Source: Mycobacterium leprae TN (lineage in GTDB: Bacteria > Actinomycetota > Actinomycetes > Mycobacteriales > Mycobacteriaceae). Taken from it: a DNA stretch of 32,000 bases. The DNA is taken from assembly GCF_000195855.1 (NCBI RefSeq), contig NC_002677.1, positions 2,160,001 to 2,192,000 on the forward strand. The letters are read 5' to 3'. Each line of letters starts with the position of its first letter. Positions within the stretch are counted from its first letter, which is position 1. Under the pieces are notes generated by a model. The model searched no databases. It was not told the DNA's origin and was given only the letters and a program-made list of their open reading frames with translations. The translations under genes were made by a program, and so were the position numbers. Below are positions 9,680-17,902 of this stretch, in pieces.

Positions 9680-10280
9680 ATACTGCGGGAACGCAAGAAA
9701 GCCGACACCAGGCGTGTATTCAACGCTACCGCGTTGGATCCGACGCCGCAACGCGGGCTGGCCAACGTTACGCAAGACGATATCGCCATCCCGGCGGGAG
9801 TATCGAGGAGCAACTGGCGCTACCCATTGATATCATCATAACTAATGCCAAGGATTACCTTCCGCTGACCAACCTCACAGTGTTCCAAAACGTGCTTCTC
9901 GACCCCGCAACGGCGCGCACCACGGTAACAGCAACCACGCCTGAGGTCTTGGCCACTGGTCTGGGAAAATGACCACCTTCACGCCGCACCCTGGACGATC
10001 CCGAGATCATCGCGTTGGCACAGTGCCTTGCCCACAACAATAGAATCCTGGCACCGTCAAACACCATATATTATGCTGAAACAGGTTAACGTGAAACATT
10101 TTCCAAAAATTGGTTAACACCACTCTGGTATTGGGACCTACACGACAACCTCGCGCCGCCAACCACGTATGGCAGAGATATATAAGAAGCAAAGTCGGTC
10201 GAAGCTGCTACTGAATGATACTGACCGCCGATCACTACCTCCAGTACTTGGCCCAGATCGTTCGTCTGACTAGCAGAAGT
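9680..10280 (+). pseudogene. TetR-family regulator pseudogene
   Basis: LRERKKADTRRVFNATALDPTPQRGLANVTQDDIAIPAGVSRSNWRYPLISS-stop matches the TetR N-terminal HTH consensus (R.RK...TR..I..AA..LF...G...TTV.DIA..AGVS..TFY.YF.SK) but is truncated by a stop at 9839..9841. The ligand-binding domain is not readable, and the 3' limit is a guess. Confidence 0.55.
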
Positions 10281-10475
10281 GAGGAGATTGGCTTCAAACA
10301 CTCGGGAATCAACCCAACGACGCGGTACTGGTGCATCAAAGCCAGCCATCGGACTAGCCTATGCAAGGCCCCAGGACAAACTGTCCTGTACCGAGTCCCT
10401 ACTCGACGCGTTCAACGCGTAACAACTATGTCAAGGATCGTTGAGTCGATCACTTAGCTCTCATAGGGTCCCGGG

Positions 10476-10945
10476 TCAACAAATTGGTGACATACAGCCT
10501 GAACCGAGTAGCTTGCTGCAAGCAGCATCAGAACCGCGGTGCCGTGCACGGTGCAAGGTGGTGACTTCGTCGAGGTGCAGGATGAGGTAGTGAATATGCA
10601 TCGGATAGCCGGGTGGGTGGCGGTGCAAAAAAGCTCGGTGAGCCCAGGGCCTTACGATGCCGCCCACGATCACCTGGTAGCCGCCGGTGACGTAGATGGC
10701 AGCAGCACGTACCAGCGCGGTGAGCACCACGATGTTCTGCCGGTGTGCCTTGCAGTACGTACGGCGGTACAGCCACCACAATAGACGAAGCGCCAAAAGA
10801 CGTCCGCGTATAAGTGTAAATGTACGGCAGGCATGTAGTGCTGCACGAAAGTGGTTGCGACAGTGGTCTTGCCCGCTCCTGGCGCCCTGATGGGCACAAT
10901 AAACCTGCCAGGCTCGGCCGAAAGATCGTGTTGTGCCGAGGTCAT
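10476..10945 (-). pseudogene. P-loop kinase (AAA_33-like) pseudogene
   Basis: GRFIVPIRAPGAGKTTVATTFVQHY carries Walker A (GAPGAGKTT) in the frame of ORF 10670..10945. The expected continuation IYVTGGYQVIVGGIVRPWAHRAF...IHYLILHLDEVTTLHRARHRG lies in the frame of ORF 10476..11003. This implies a frameshift near 10700. Confidence 0.45.
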
Positions 10946-11511
10946 GGCCAGGCTGCTTCCCTCGATACTTTCCCGCCCCGGCTCCGACGCCAGTGCTGGT
11001 CAAAAAAACCGTCTGAACTTTTCAAAGGGTGGTACCGCCCGCCCTTGGCCCAGTACACCTTACCGGCCGGGAAAGGAGGAGGTCAAAATCCGGATTTCGC
11101 CGACAGCACAAGTCGAAACCACCCTGTCAGTACGACAGGAGTCTATACGCTCGCATGTCGAAGCGCAACGTGAACAAAGCAACTCCTAGATAACCTAAAT
11201 CTTTTTCTCACGTAAGCTAAGTCAGATCAAAAAGAAAGATCAACCACGCTGGCTCAGTCACAAGCTGACCACCTGGATCAGCGATCGCTGTATCCGGCAC
11301 AGTGTCGGTTGGCCCGGCCGTGCGCTTTGCACGGCGCTGCCGACAACACAGCGGACCCCCGGCAACATCTGTTGACCAAATCACTTGGTCACTGAGATCG
11401 TATCGACGTCATTGTCCAAATCATCACTGCAATCGAGGTCAGTGGACCGCAGACAGGGAGTCTAACGCCGGCCGGGACAACAATGGTTGCCGATTCGTCT
11501 AATCTGCCTGA

Positions 11512-12720
11512 GTGACTTCTAATCCGCTCGAACAACTAACGATAGAACAACTGCAATGCCGCACCAGTATGAAGTGGCGCGCACATCCCGAAGACGTGTT
11601 GCCATTGTGGGTCGCGGAAATGGATGTGCTGCTAGCGCCGACGGTGGCCGAAGCCGTCCATCGTGCTGTCGACAACGGTGATACCGGTTATCCTTACGGA
11701 ACCACGTTCGCCGAGGCGATAAGTGAATTCGCTTCGCAGCGTTGGCAATGGCACGACCTAGACGTCAGCCGCACAGCAATCGTTCCCGACGTCATGCTTG
11801 GTGTCGTTGAGATGCTACGCCTGATCACTGATCGGGGTGACGGCGTCATAGTCAGCCCGCCAGTATACCCCCCGTTCTACGCCTTCGTGACACACGATGG
11901 CCGTCGGGTGCTCGAAGCACCGCTCGGCCGCGACGGCCGGCTTGACTTGGCCGCGTTGCAGGACGCGTTTTCGCGTGCCCGACGTTCGAGCGGACCCAAC
12001 GGAAAAGTCGCATACCTGTTATGTAATCCGCACAATCCGACCGGATCGGTGCACACCGTCGCCGAATTGCACGGGGTTGCCGAACTCGCCCGTCGGTTCG
12101 GTGTTCGGGTGATATCAGACGAAATTCACGCTCCGCTCGTCTTGTCCGGTGCGCGATTCACCCCATATCTGAGTATCCCCGGAGCAGAAAACGCGTTCGC
12201 CCTGATGTCAGCCACCAAGGGGTGGAACCTGTGCGGGTTGAAAGCGGCCATTGCCATCGCCGGTCGTGAAGCGGCCGCCGACCTTCGCCGGATACCAAAA
12301 GAGGTCAGCCACGGCCCCAGCCATCTGGGCATCATCGCGCATACCGCAGCCTTCCGCACCGGCAGCAGCTGGCTCGACGCGTTGTTGCAAGGTCTGGAAG
12401 CGAACCGCGCGTTGCTCAGAGATCTGGTCACCAAGCATTTACCCGGAGTGAGATATCAACGACCGCAGGGCACGTATCTGACTTGGCTGGATTGCCGACA
12501 CCTCGGTTTCGACGAGCAGATCAACGAAGGGCTTGCGGCAATCTCCGATCTATCCGGACCAGCCCGCTGGTTCCTCGACCACTCGCGTGTGGCCCTCACT
12601 TCCGGCCACGCCTTCGGAACAGGCGGAGTCGGACACGTACGCGTGAACTTCGCGACCTCCCAAGCAATCCTCATCGAGGCCCTATCGCGAATGGGTCGAG
12701 CACTCGTCAATTTCCGATAA
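11512..12720 (+). CDS. PLP-dependent aminotransferase class I/II, MalY/PatB-type C-S lyase (Rv2294-like)
   Basis: 402-aa uninterrupted ORF from GTG 11512. N-terminal RTSMKWR...LPLWVAEMD is typical of MalY/PatB. Other motifs present: [19 protein letters not shown], and the PLP-lysine context [12 protein letters not shown]. Confidence 0.9.
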   Translation: MTSNPLEQLTIEQLQCRTSMKWRAHPEDVLPLWVAEMDVLLAPTVAEAVHRAVDNGDTGYPYGTTFAEAISEFASQRWQWHDLDVSRTAIVPDVMLGVVEMLRLITDRGDGVIVSPPVYPPFYAFVTHDGRRVLEAPLGRDGRLDLAALQDAFSRARRSSGPNGKVAYLLCNPHNPTGSVHTVAELHGVAELARRFGVRVISDEIHAPLVLSGARFTPYLSIPGAENAFALMSATKGWNLCGLKAAIAIAGREAAADLRRIPKEVSHGPSHLGIIAHTAAFRTGSSWLDALLQGLEANRALLRDLVTKHLPGVRYQRPQGTYLTWLDCRHLGFDEQINEGLAAISDLSGPARWFLDHSRVALTSGHAFGTGGVGHVRVNFATSQAILIEALSRMGRALVNFR

Positions 12721-13844
12721 TCGTCCGGTAGCGCGCTGCAAACCACGGCATCAGTGTTACGCAGCCTCGGCTAGCATGCGTGGTAAAATCACAGTACGAA
12801 CGGCTTCGACCCTTTGAAGCTGACCAAATCTCGTTAGCATACCGACCCGGGTCAGAACCGGTTTGATCGTCGCAGAGAAGGTGATCTGCAGCCCATTTCA
12901 GTACAGCGTCCCGGTGAGAAGTACCCTCAGGCAGGGAGCTCGCCGTGGGCGGGTCTGGACGACACCATCTATATCTATCCCTGGCACATCTCAGACGGCA
13001 TCGTGGCAAGTCGATTCCGCACCTAAATCCACCGACGTTAGCTGAATGTGCCCAACGAGTTACCAGCGACAAATGTTCGAAGTGGTGCCCCGAGCGCCTG
13101 GCCTAGCAGGAATCGCGGTGGCTATATCACTACGGCGATGCCGTTGCTTTCCCGGGTCTGGTTGGCTACCCGGAGCTAGGCGAGTTCCCGAACGCTTTAG
13201 AATGCCTACGTAATGATATGCGTAGCTCGAACAGCCCTGCCGCAAGTCCTTATGGGCCTATCCACGACCAGAACATCAAGTTACCAAGCCATAGATTAGC
13301 TGCGTGAAAACCGCCAACTCAACCTCAGCCTAAGCGATCACCGCCGCATTCTGGCGACGATGTCATTCGACTAAACAACAAGCACACCATCGATCGACTC
13401 GTAGCAACGCTGACTCCATAGCGCACAGCGGTAAAGGACTTCCAGCACCCACAACCGGATACAGGTGCCCTCACCAACGGAATTGCAACTTGATACCGTC
13501 TGTCTTCCTCGTGACGCGTTCTTCAAACCGACCGAAATACCCCCCGCATTAAAAGCCGACGGCCGCATCGCGGCAGAACAGACCACCCCCGTATCCACGG
13601 GGCATACCCATCAATGGTCGTCCCAGGCGAGCGGGTCAACAACGCCGTGATCGACCACCTGCGGTCAGGCGCAGAGGCGCGCATAGCCCTGCCGGATCCC
13701 GCCGATCCCAATGCGTAACAATTCCGTGTAGTTTTTTAAACAGAACCGCAAAGTGCCGCGTACTAAGGTTCACGGCGGCGGCCGGTCGTATGTGGGCTTA
13801 GATCCCGTAGCCTCCATAGCGTTACACAACCTACTGTTGGTATA

Positions 13845-14148
13845 TCACAAATCGGTATTAGTTTGCGATAGCGCTGCGTTGTTGTCTTCAAGGTTAAGCA
13901 TACGAGCAATACCAGCCAGATTGATACCGGCGTCTACCAGCGGACTGATGCGCTGCAACCGGGCCAAATCGTCGGCACTATAGCGCGCCGGGCTCCGCTG
14001 TCACTTCGAGCCGGCCTGAATAGCCCGCAGCGTTCATAGAGCCGCAGCGACGGCACCGGGAACGCCGGAAAGTTCGGCCGCTACCGATGATGTCGTATAC
14101 GCTGCGTTGCAGTGCCGACGTACCCGTGCCGGCACTACAATCGGTCAT
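13845..14148 (-). pseudogene. MerR/HspR-like transcriptional regulator pseudogene, divergent from hsp18
   Basis: From ATG 14148..14146, three frames are required: MTDCSAGTGTSALQRSVYDIIGSG.., then PAFPVPSLRLYERCGLFRPARSDSGARR, then YSADDLARLQRISPLVDAGINLAGIARMLNLEDNNAALSQTNTDL-stop (13847..13845). Joined together these give the canonical MerR N-terminal HTH/wing (..GV...TLR.YER.GL..P.R...G.RRYS..DL.RL..I..L...G.NLAGI...L). Confidence 0.7.
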
Positions 14149-14296
14149 GAGCAATCTCCTCAGCTGTTCAGACAGAAAACTTGTCTATCACAACTTGCAT
14201 CAATATATCGACCAGTGCTATATCAAATCTATGTAGTCAGGAACAGCTATATAGTTATAGTTTGTCACAACAGATTGGAGTGCGAGGTGACCACAC
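14149..14296. promoter_or_regulatory. AT-rich divergent control region of hsp18 and the MerR pseudogene
   Basis: 148 bp, conspicuously AT-rich compared with the flanks. Contents: TCACAAC at 14187..14193 and 14265..14271; GCTATAT twice (about 14217 and 14246); TTGCAT-N18-TATATC; and GGAAC (14240..14244)-N15-GTT (14260..14262), which resembles SigE/SigH-type promoters although the spacer is short. SD-like GGAG/GAGGTG lies 7-19 nt before ATG 14297. No transcription start site can be derived from sequence alone. Confidence 0.4.
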
Positions 14297-14743
14297 ATGC
14301 TGATGCGTACTGACCCGTTCCGTGAACTGGACCGCTTCGCCGAGCAAGTGTTAGGTACGTCTGCCCGCCCAGCAGTAATGCCCATGGACGCTTGGCGTGA
14401 GGGCGAAGAATTCGTCGTCGAGTTCGACCTTCCTGGCATCAAAGCCGATTCACTGGACATTGACATCGAACGCAACGTAGTCACCGTGCGGGCCGAGCGC
14501 CCAGGCGTCGACCCCGATCGGGAAATGCTTGCTGCCGAGCGGCCACGCGGTGTGTTCAATCGTCAGCTGGTTCTCGGCGAAAACCTCGACACCGAACGGA
14601 TCTTGGCTTCCTACCAAGAAGGTGTCCTGAAGTTGTCGATACCAGTAGCCGAAAGGGCTAAACCGCGCAAGATCTCCGTTGATCGTGGCAACAACGGACA
14701 CCAGACCATAAACAAAACCGCACACGAAATCATAGATGCCTAA
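14297..14743 (+). CDS. hsp18: Small heat-shock protein, alpha-crystallin family (M. leprae 18-kDa antigen)
   Basis: 148 aa, [68 protein letters not shown]...[38 protein letters not shown]. It has an alpha-crystallin domain, and the full sequence matches my memory of the M. leprae 18-kDa antigen. Confidence 0.97.
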   Translation: MLMRTDPFRELDRFAEQVLGTSARPAVMPMDAWREGEEFVVEFDLPGIKADSLDIDIERNVVTVRAERPGVDPDREMLAAERPRGVFNRQLVLGENLDTERILASYQEGVLKLSIPVAERAKPRKISVDRGNNGHQTINKTAHEIIDA

Positions 14744-14764
14744 TCGACTGTTGTTTGCGCAACA

Positions 14765-14788
14765 AGCTAAGCACGAAGCTAAGCACGC
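14765..14788. repeat. Perfect 12-bp tandem duplication (aagctaagcacg x2)
   Basis: 14765..14776 is identical to 14777..14788. It lies 22 nt downstream of the hsp18 stop. Confidence 0.95.
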
Positions 14789-15138
14789 CGCTGCGGTCAA
14801 AAGCCCGTCTTAGCCATGGATCTTTAAAGTATCCGAACATTTCGGTTGCTGGCCGCAGATGTGCGAGAATCACCACGACAACAACTAGGCATTTAAGTGA
14901 ATCGGCAATGCGATGCCATTTGACGACAGCGTCATAATTGGTGATACGGGCGGCTCCCCAGCTAGATACTTCGGGAGCTGTCCCTGGCTTCGACGGGTAG
15001 TGTAGTACTGTTTGTCCTGATGCTGCTATCGGCCGGGTATCTGGTGGGGATACGTGTACACCCCTCTTATAGCGGTGTGCTGATGGGTATAGCCTCAGTC
15101 ATCCACAGCGACGTGGACACGAGGAGGCAAGTTTGACG

Positions 15139-15800
15139 ATGAATTGGAAGTTCAACGGCCAGTCGACCGAGGTCGAACAGGCCCTGCCGAGCTGCTCACC
15201 ACAACAAATAGAACAAATAGGGTGGTTCTGCTTCTATTGCACCGACCAACAGTAGGAATGGTCTGAACAGGTGCAACGGATACACAGGTACAAGCCCGGC
15301 AATGTCGTCCCTAACTACCGACCTGATGCTCACCCACAGGCACCTCAACGACCGCGGTCAAGTAGCGGCCACCATTGACGAAATCCTGAACACACATAAG
15401 TTATTCAGCACCCGTCACCGGATTATCGACACCAGCGAAAATGTGGACAACGTCATCGTAATTGCTGATCAGCTGTTCGACGACCGAGGAGCAACGATCG
15501 GAACGTATGATTTCTACATCGATGTTTCGGCCCTACCGGAACAAGTGCACGAGGGCATCGTCATAGCGAGACTAGCCAAGAGCACCCAAAACCGAGCGGG
15601 AATCGAGCAGACCAAGAGCATGTTGATGCTGATCGATGGTATAACCTACGACACCCCGTTCAACCTGCTCAAATACGCTGTCCCAGGAAACCAACATCAA
15701 GCTGCGGCTGGCTAGCCAAAAAGATCTGGGAAGGTTTCCGCGGCGCCGGACCCGGTTTCAGTGCCCAAGCAAGGCTCGACCAACTACTGTTGACAGGGCA
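15139..15800 (+). pseudogene. PAS/ANTAR RNA-binding antiterminator-type regulator pseudogene
   Basis: ATG 15139 is preceded by GAGGAGG. The frame reads ..GWFCFYCTDQQ, then TAG (15253..15255), then EWSEQVQRIHRYKPGN. A frameshift near 15300 leads into TTDLMLTHRHLNDRGQV...HRIIDTSENVDNVIVIADQLFDDRGATIGTYDFYIDVS, then the ANTAR core IEQTKSMLMLIDGITYDTPFNLLKY. A further frameshift is needed to read SQETNIKLRLAS. The 3' limit is approximate. Confidence 0.62.
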
Positions 15801-16464
15801 TCTTCAAGTCCTTCTTGGAGACAACCTGACCGTACTCCAAGAAGCATGACGAGCGCGCACCACAACACGTTCACAGCGGAACAGATGTCCACCGATCAGA
15901 CGTACCCGTAACCGGGTACGGCCTGCAAACTCCGCGTTATTTGGGTTACAGGTACAGAATTGCTAGTGGCAAAGAGCAGCCGGGCTGCACTTCTCACCAC
16001 CACCGTGACTCAGGGCGTCAGAACCAGAGCAGAGGTCGCAGTGGATCGTGCCGGGTGACTGGCAGGCCACACCGAACAGCGTAGCGGCAGATTGGCATGG
16101 TTGTCACAGTCGACATAGCGAACAACTACATAGCAGTCTCCGTATCCCACCCCAGTTGAGTCACCGTGCTTCCTGTAGTACGGATTGCCGCGAGTACTTC
16201 GAACTGGGTTGTCCACATATGATCAGTGACTCGAGCGCAATCTTGCCCCAAGTGAAGCGGGACAATGCACAGTTCCAACCCGCAACACCCATCATCTCGT
16301 GAAAGACGTTGTTTTTCAAGTCTTTTCAACGAAATAACTCACTCAATGAGATCACCCGCTAGCCAGCACCATAACAGTTACGCCGTGCACGTATGTGCAT
16401 CCCCAGCCAGTCTTCCTTGGTGGTGCTGCGCAAACCCGACCAGCCGGCGTGTTGTTTAACCACC

Positions 16465-16716
16465 TCACGAACGGTCAGCGCTAACTTGCCATTGGCTCCG
16501 AACAGTTAGCCAATACTCGTCAACCGGCGCGTCATACTCGATCAATCCCCCAGCCGACGAGCCGGTGAATGACGTTAGCCGCCAACCTTTTGGTCGCAGA
16601 GAACACCATCCGGACAGTATCAGCCGCTCGTAAGCACCTGGCCGCGCCGATCCACGCACCCGGTCCGACATGTCGACGATCAGTTGAACATGGCCAGTGC
16701 TCCTCCGCCGAATCAA
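16465..16716 (-). pseudogene. Possible MazF/PemK-like toxin remnant
   Basis: TTG-initiated 83-codon ORF LIRRRSTGHVQLIVDMSDRV..GAYERLILSGW...WRLTSFTGSS.. loosely follows the MazF pattern (RRG.v..v.l......G...RP.liLS......v.v.p.TS). The upstream ORF fragment ends in TGA and overlaps the TTG start (cgTTGAtt), as in toxin-antitoxin couples. This rests on weak pattern-level similarity only. Confidence 0.35.
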
Positions 16717-16918
16717 CGCCCGGGGAACAGGGTCACAAAACTACGAACGACGCAAGCAAAGTTTGAGTCCGCCGCTCCGAACAAACGATGACCAGCGTTA
16801 AAGGCGTCGTGAGGACGGGTACACACGGCGATCGACTTGAGCTTACACCTTCACACTTCGTGAATTTACGATGATTGCACATCAGTCATGAGCAAACGAT
16901 AATTAACTTACCTTTCCA

Positions 16919-17902
16919 TTAGCAGGATGCTGCCTGCAGGATTTGCTGGGCCGCCATCGCGGGAGTCAGCTCCCCTGCTCGCACCTGACACTCCAGCTCA
17001 GCACGAATCTCACGCACCGCGGGGTTGGACAGCACCCGGTCTAGCACCGCGTCACGGACCATCTGCCAAGCCCACTCGACTTGCTGGGCCAGTCGACGGT
17101 TCTCAAACTCGCCGGAGGCAGTAAGCACTTGACGATGACATTCGACCGCTTCCCACATCTGGGTCAGACCGGTCCCCTCAGTCGCACTAATCGTGAAAAC
17201 TTTTGGTCTCCAAATTTTTTCGTGTGTATAGATCAATCGGAGTGCCGATGACAGGTCCCGAGCAGCTAGCCGAGCATCGCGCAGATGCTCCCCATCGGCC
17301 TTGTTCACCACCACGATGTCGGCCAGCTCCAGCACGCCTTTTTTGATGCCCTGCAACTGATCGCCGGTACGCGCCAAGGCCAACAAAACGAAGGTGTCGA
17401 CCATATTAGCCACCGCTACCTCAGACTGTCCGACGCCTACAGTTTCGATCAGAATTACATCAAAACCAGCCGCCTCCAACAGGACAACTGTTTCCCGAGT
17501 GGCCTTCGTCACCCCGCCCAACGTGCCCGATGTCGGCGATGGCCGGATATAGGCGTCCGGGTGTACCGCTAGCCGCGCCATCCGGGTCTTGTCGCCAAGG
17601 ATGGATCCACCGGTACGGACCGATGATGGGTCGACGGCCAGCACCGCCACTCGATGACCCCGTTCGATCAGATGCATGCCAAGCGCCTCAATGGCGGTGG
17701 ACTTTCCTACCCCGGGCACCCCGGTGATGCCCACCCGATGGGCGTTTCCAGCATCCGGTTGCAATGCCAGCAGCAGCTGCTGCGCCTGCTCACGATGGTC
17801 GGAGCGAGTGGACTCCACCAACGTTATAGCCCGCGGCAATGCCACGCGATCACCACTACGGACAGCAGCGACTAGTCTGTCCACGGTGCTGTCCCCCGCC
17901 AT
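16919..17902 (-). CDS. meaB: MeaB/ArgK-type G3E GTPase, methylmalonyl-CoA mutase chaperone
   Basis: 327 aa. P-loop GVPGVGKST, then ETVGVGQSE, NKAD and the typical SA..G.G motif. The start ATG 17902..17900 directly abuts the mutB stop at 17905..17903. Confidence 0.9.
   Translation of the reverse strand: MAGDSTVDRLVAAVRSGDRVALPRAITLVESTRSDHREQAQQLLLALQPDAGNAHRVGITGVPGVGKSTAIEALGMHLIERGHRVAVLAVDPSSVRTGGSILGDKTRMARLAVHPDAYIRPSPTSGTLGGVTKATRETVVLLEAAGFDVILIETVGVGQSEVAVANMVDTFVLLALARTGDQLQGIKKGVLELADIVVVNKADGEHLRDARLAARDLSSALRLIYTHEKIWRPKVFTISATEGTGLTQMWEAVECHRQVLTASGEFENRRLAQQVEWAWQMVRDAVLDRVLSNPAVREIRAELECQVRAGELTPAMAAQQILQAASC

Noticed and set aside
11373-11391. Inverted repeat tgaccaa-atcac-ttggtca about 120 bp upstream of the aminotransferase, and the 15-bp palindrome acgcgtt-c-aacgcgt at 10406..10420
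   Set aside because: For 7-bp arms about 2 chance matches are expected per spacer length in 32 kb. They could be operators but cannot be supported from sequence alone.
14746-14765. Possible hsp18 terminator ttgtt-tgcgc-aacaa
   Set aside because: It has only a 5-bp A/T-rich stem with no U-tract, which is too weak to call.
15901-15920. Perfect hairpin cgtacccg-taac-cgggtacg (8-bp stem)
   Set aside because: It is not followed by a T-tract and is not at the end of any intact gene. An 8-bp stem with a small loop is expected a few times by chance in 32 kb once all loop sizes are considered.
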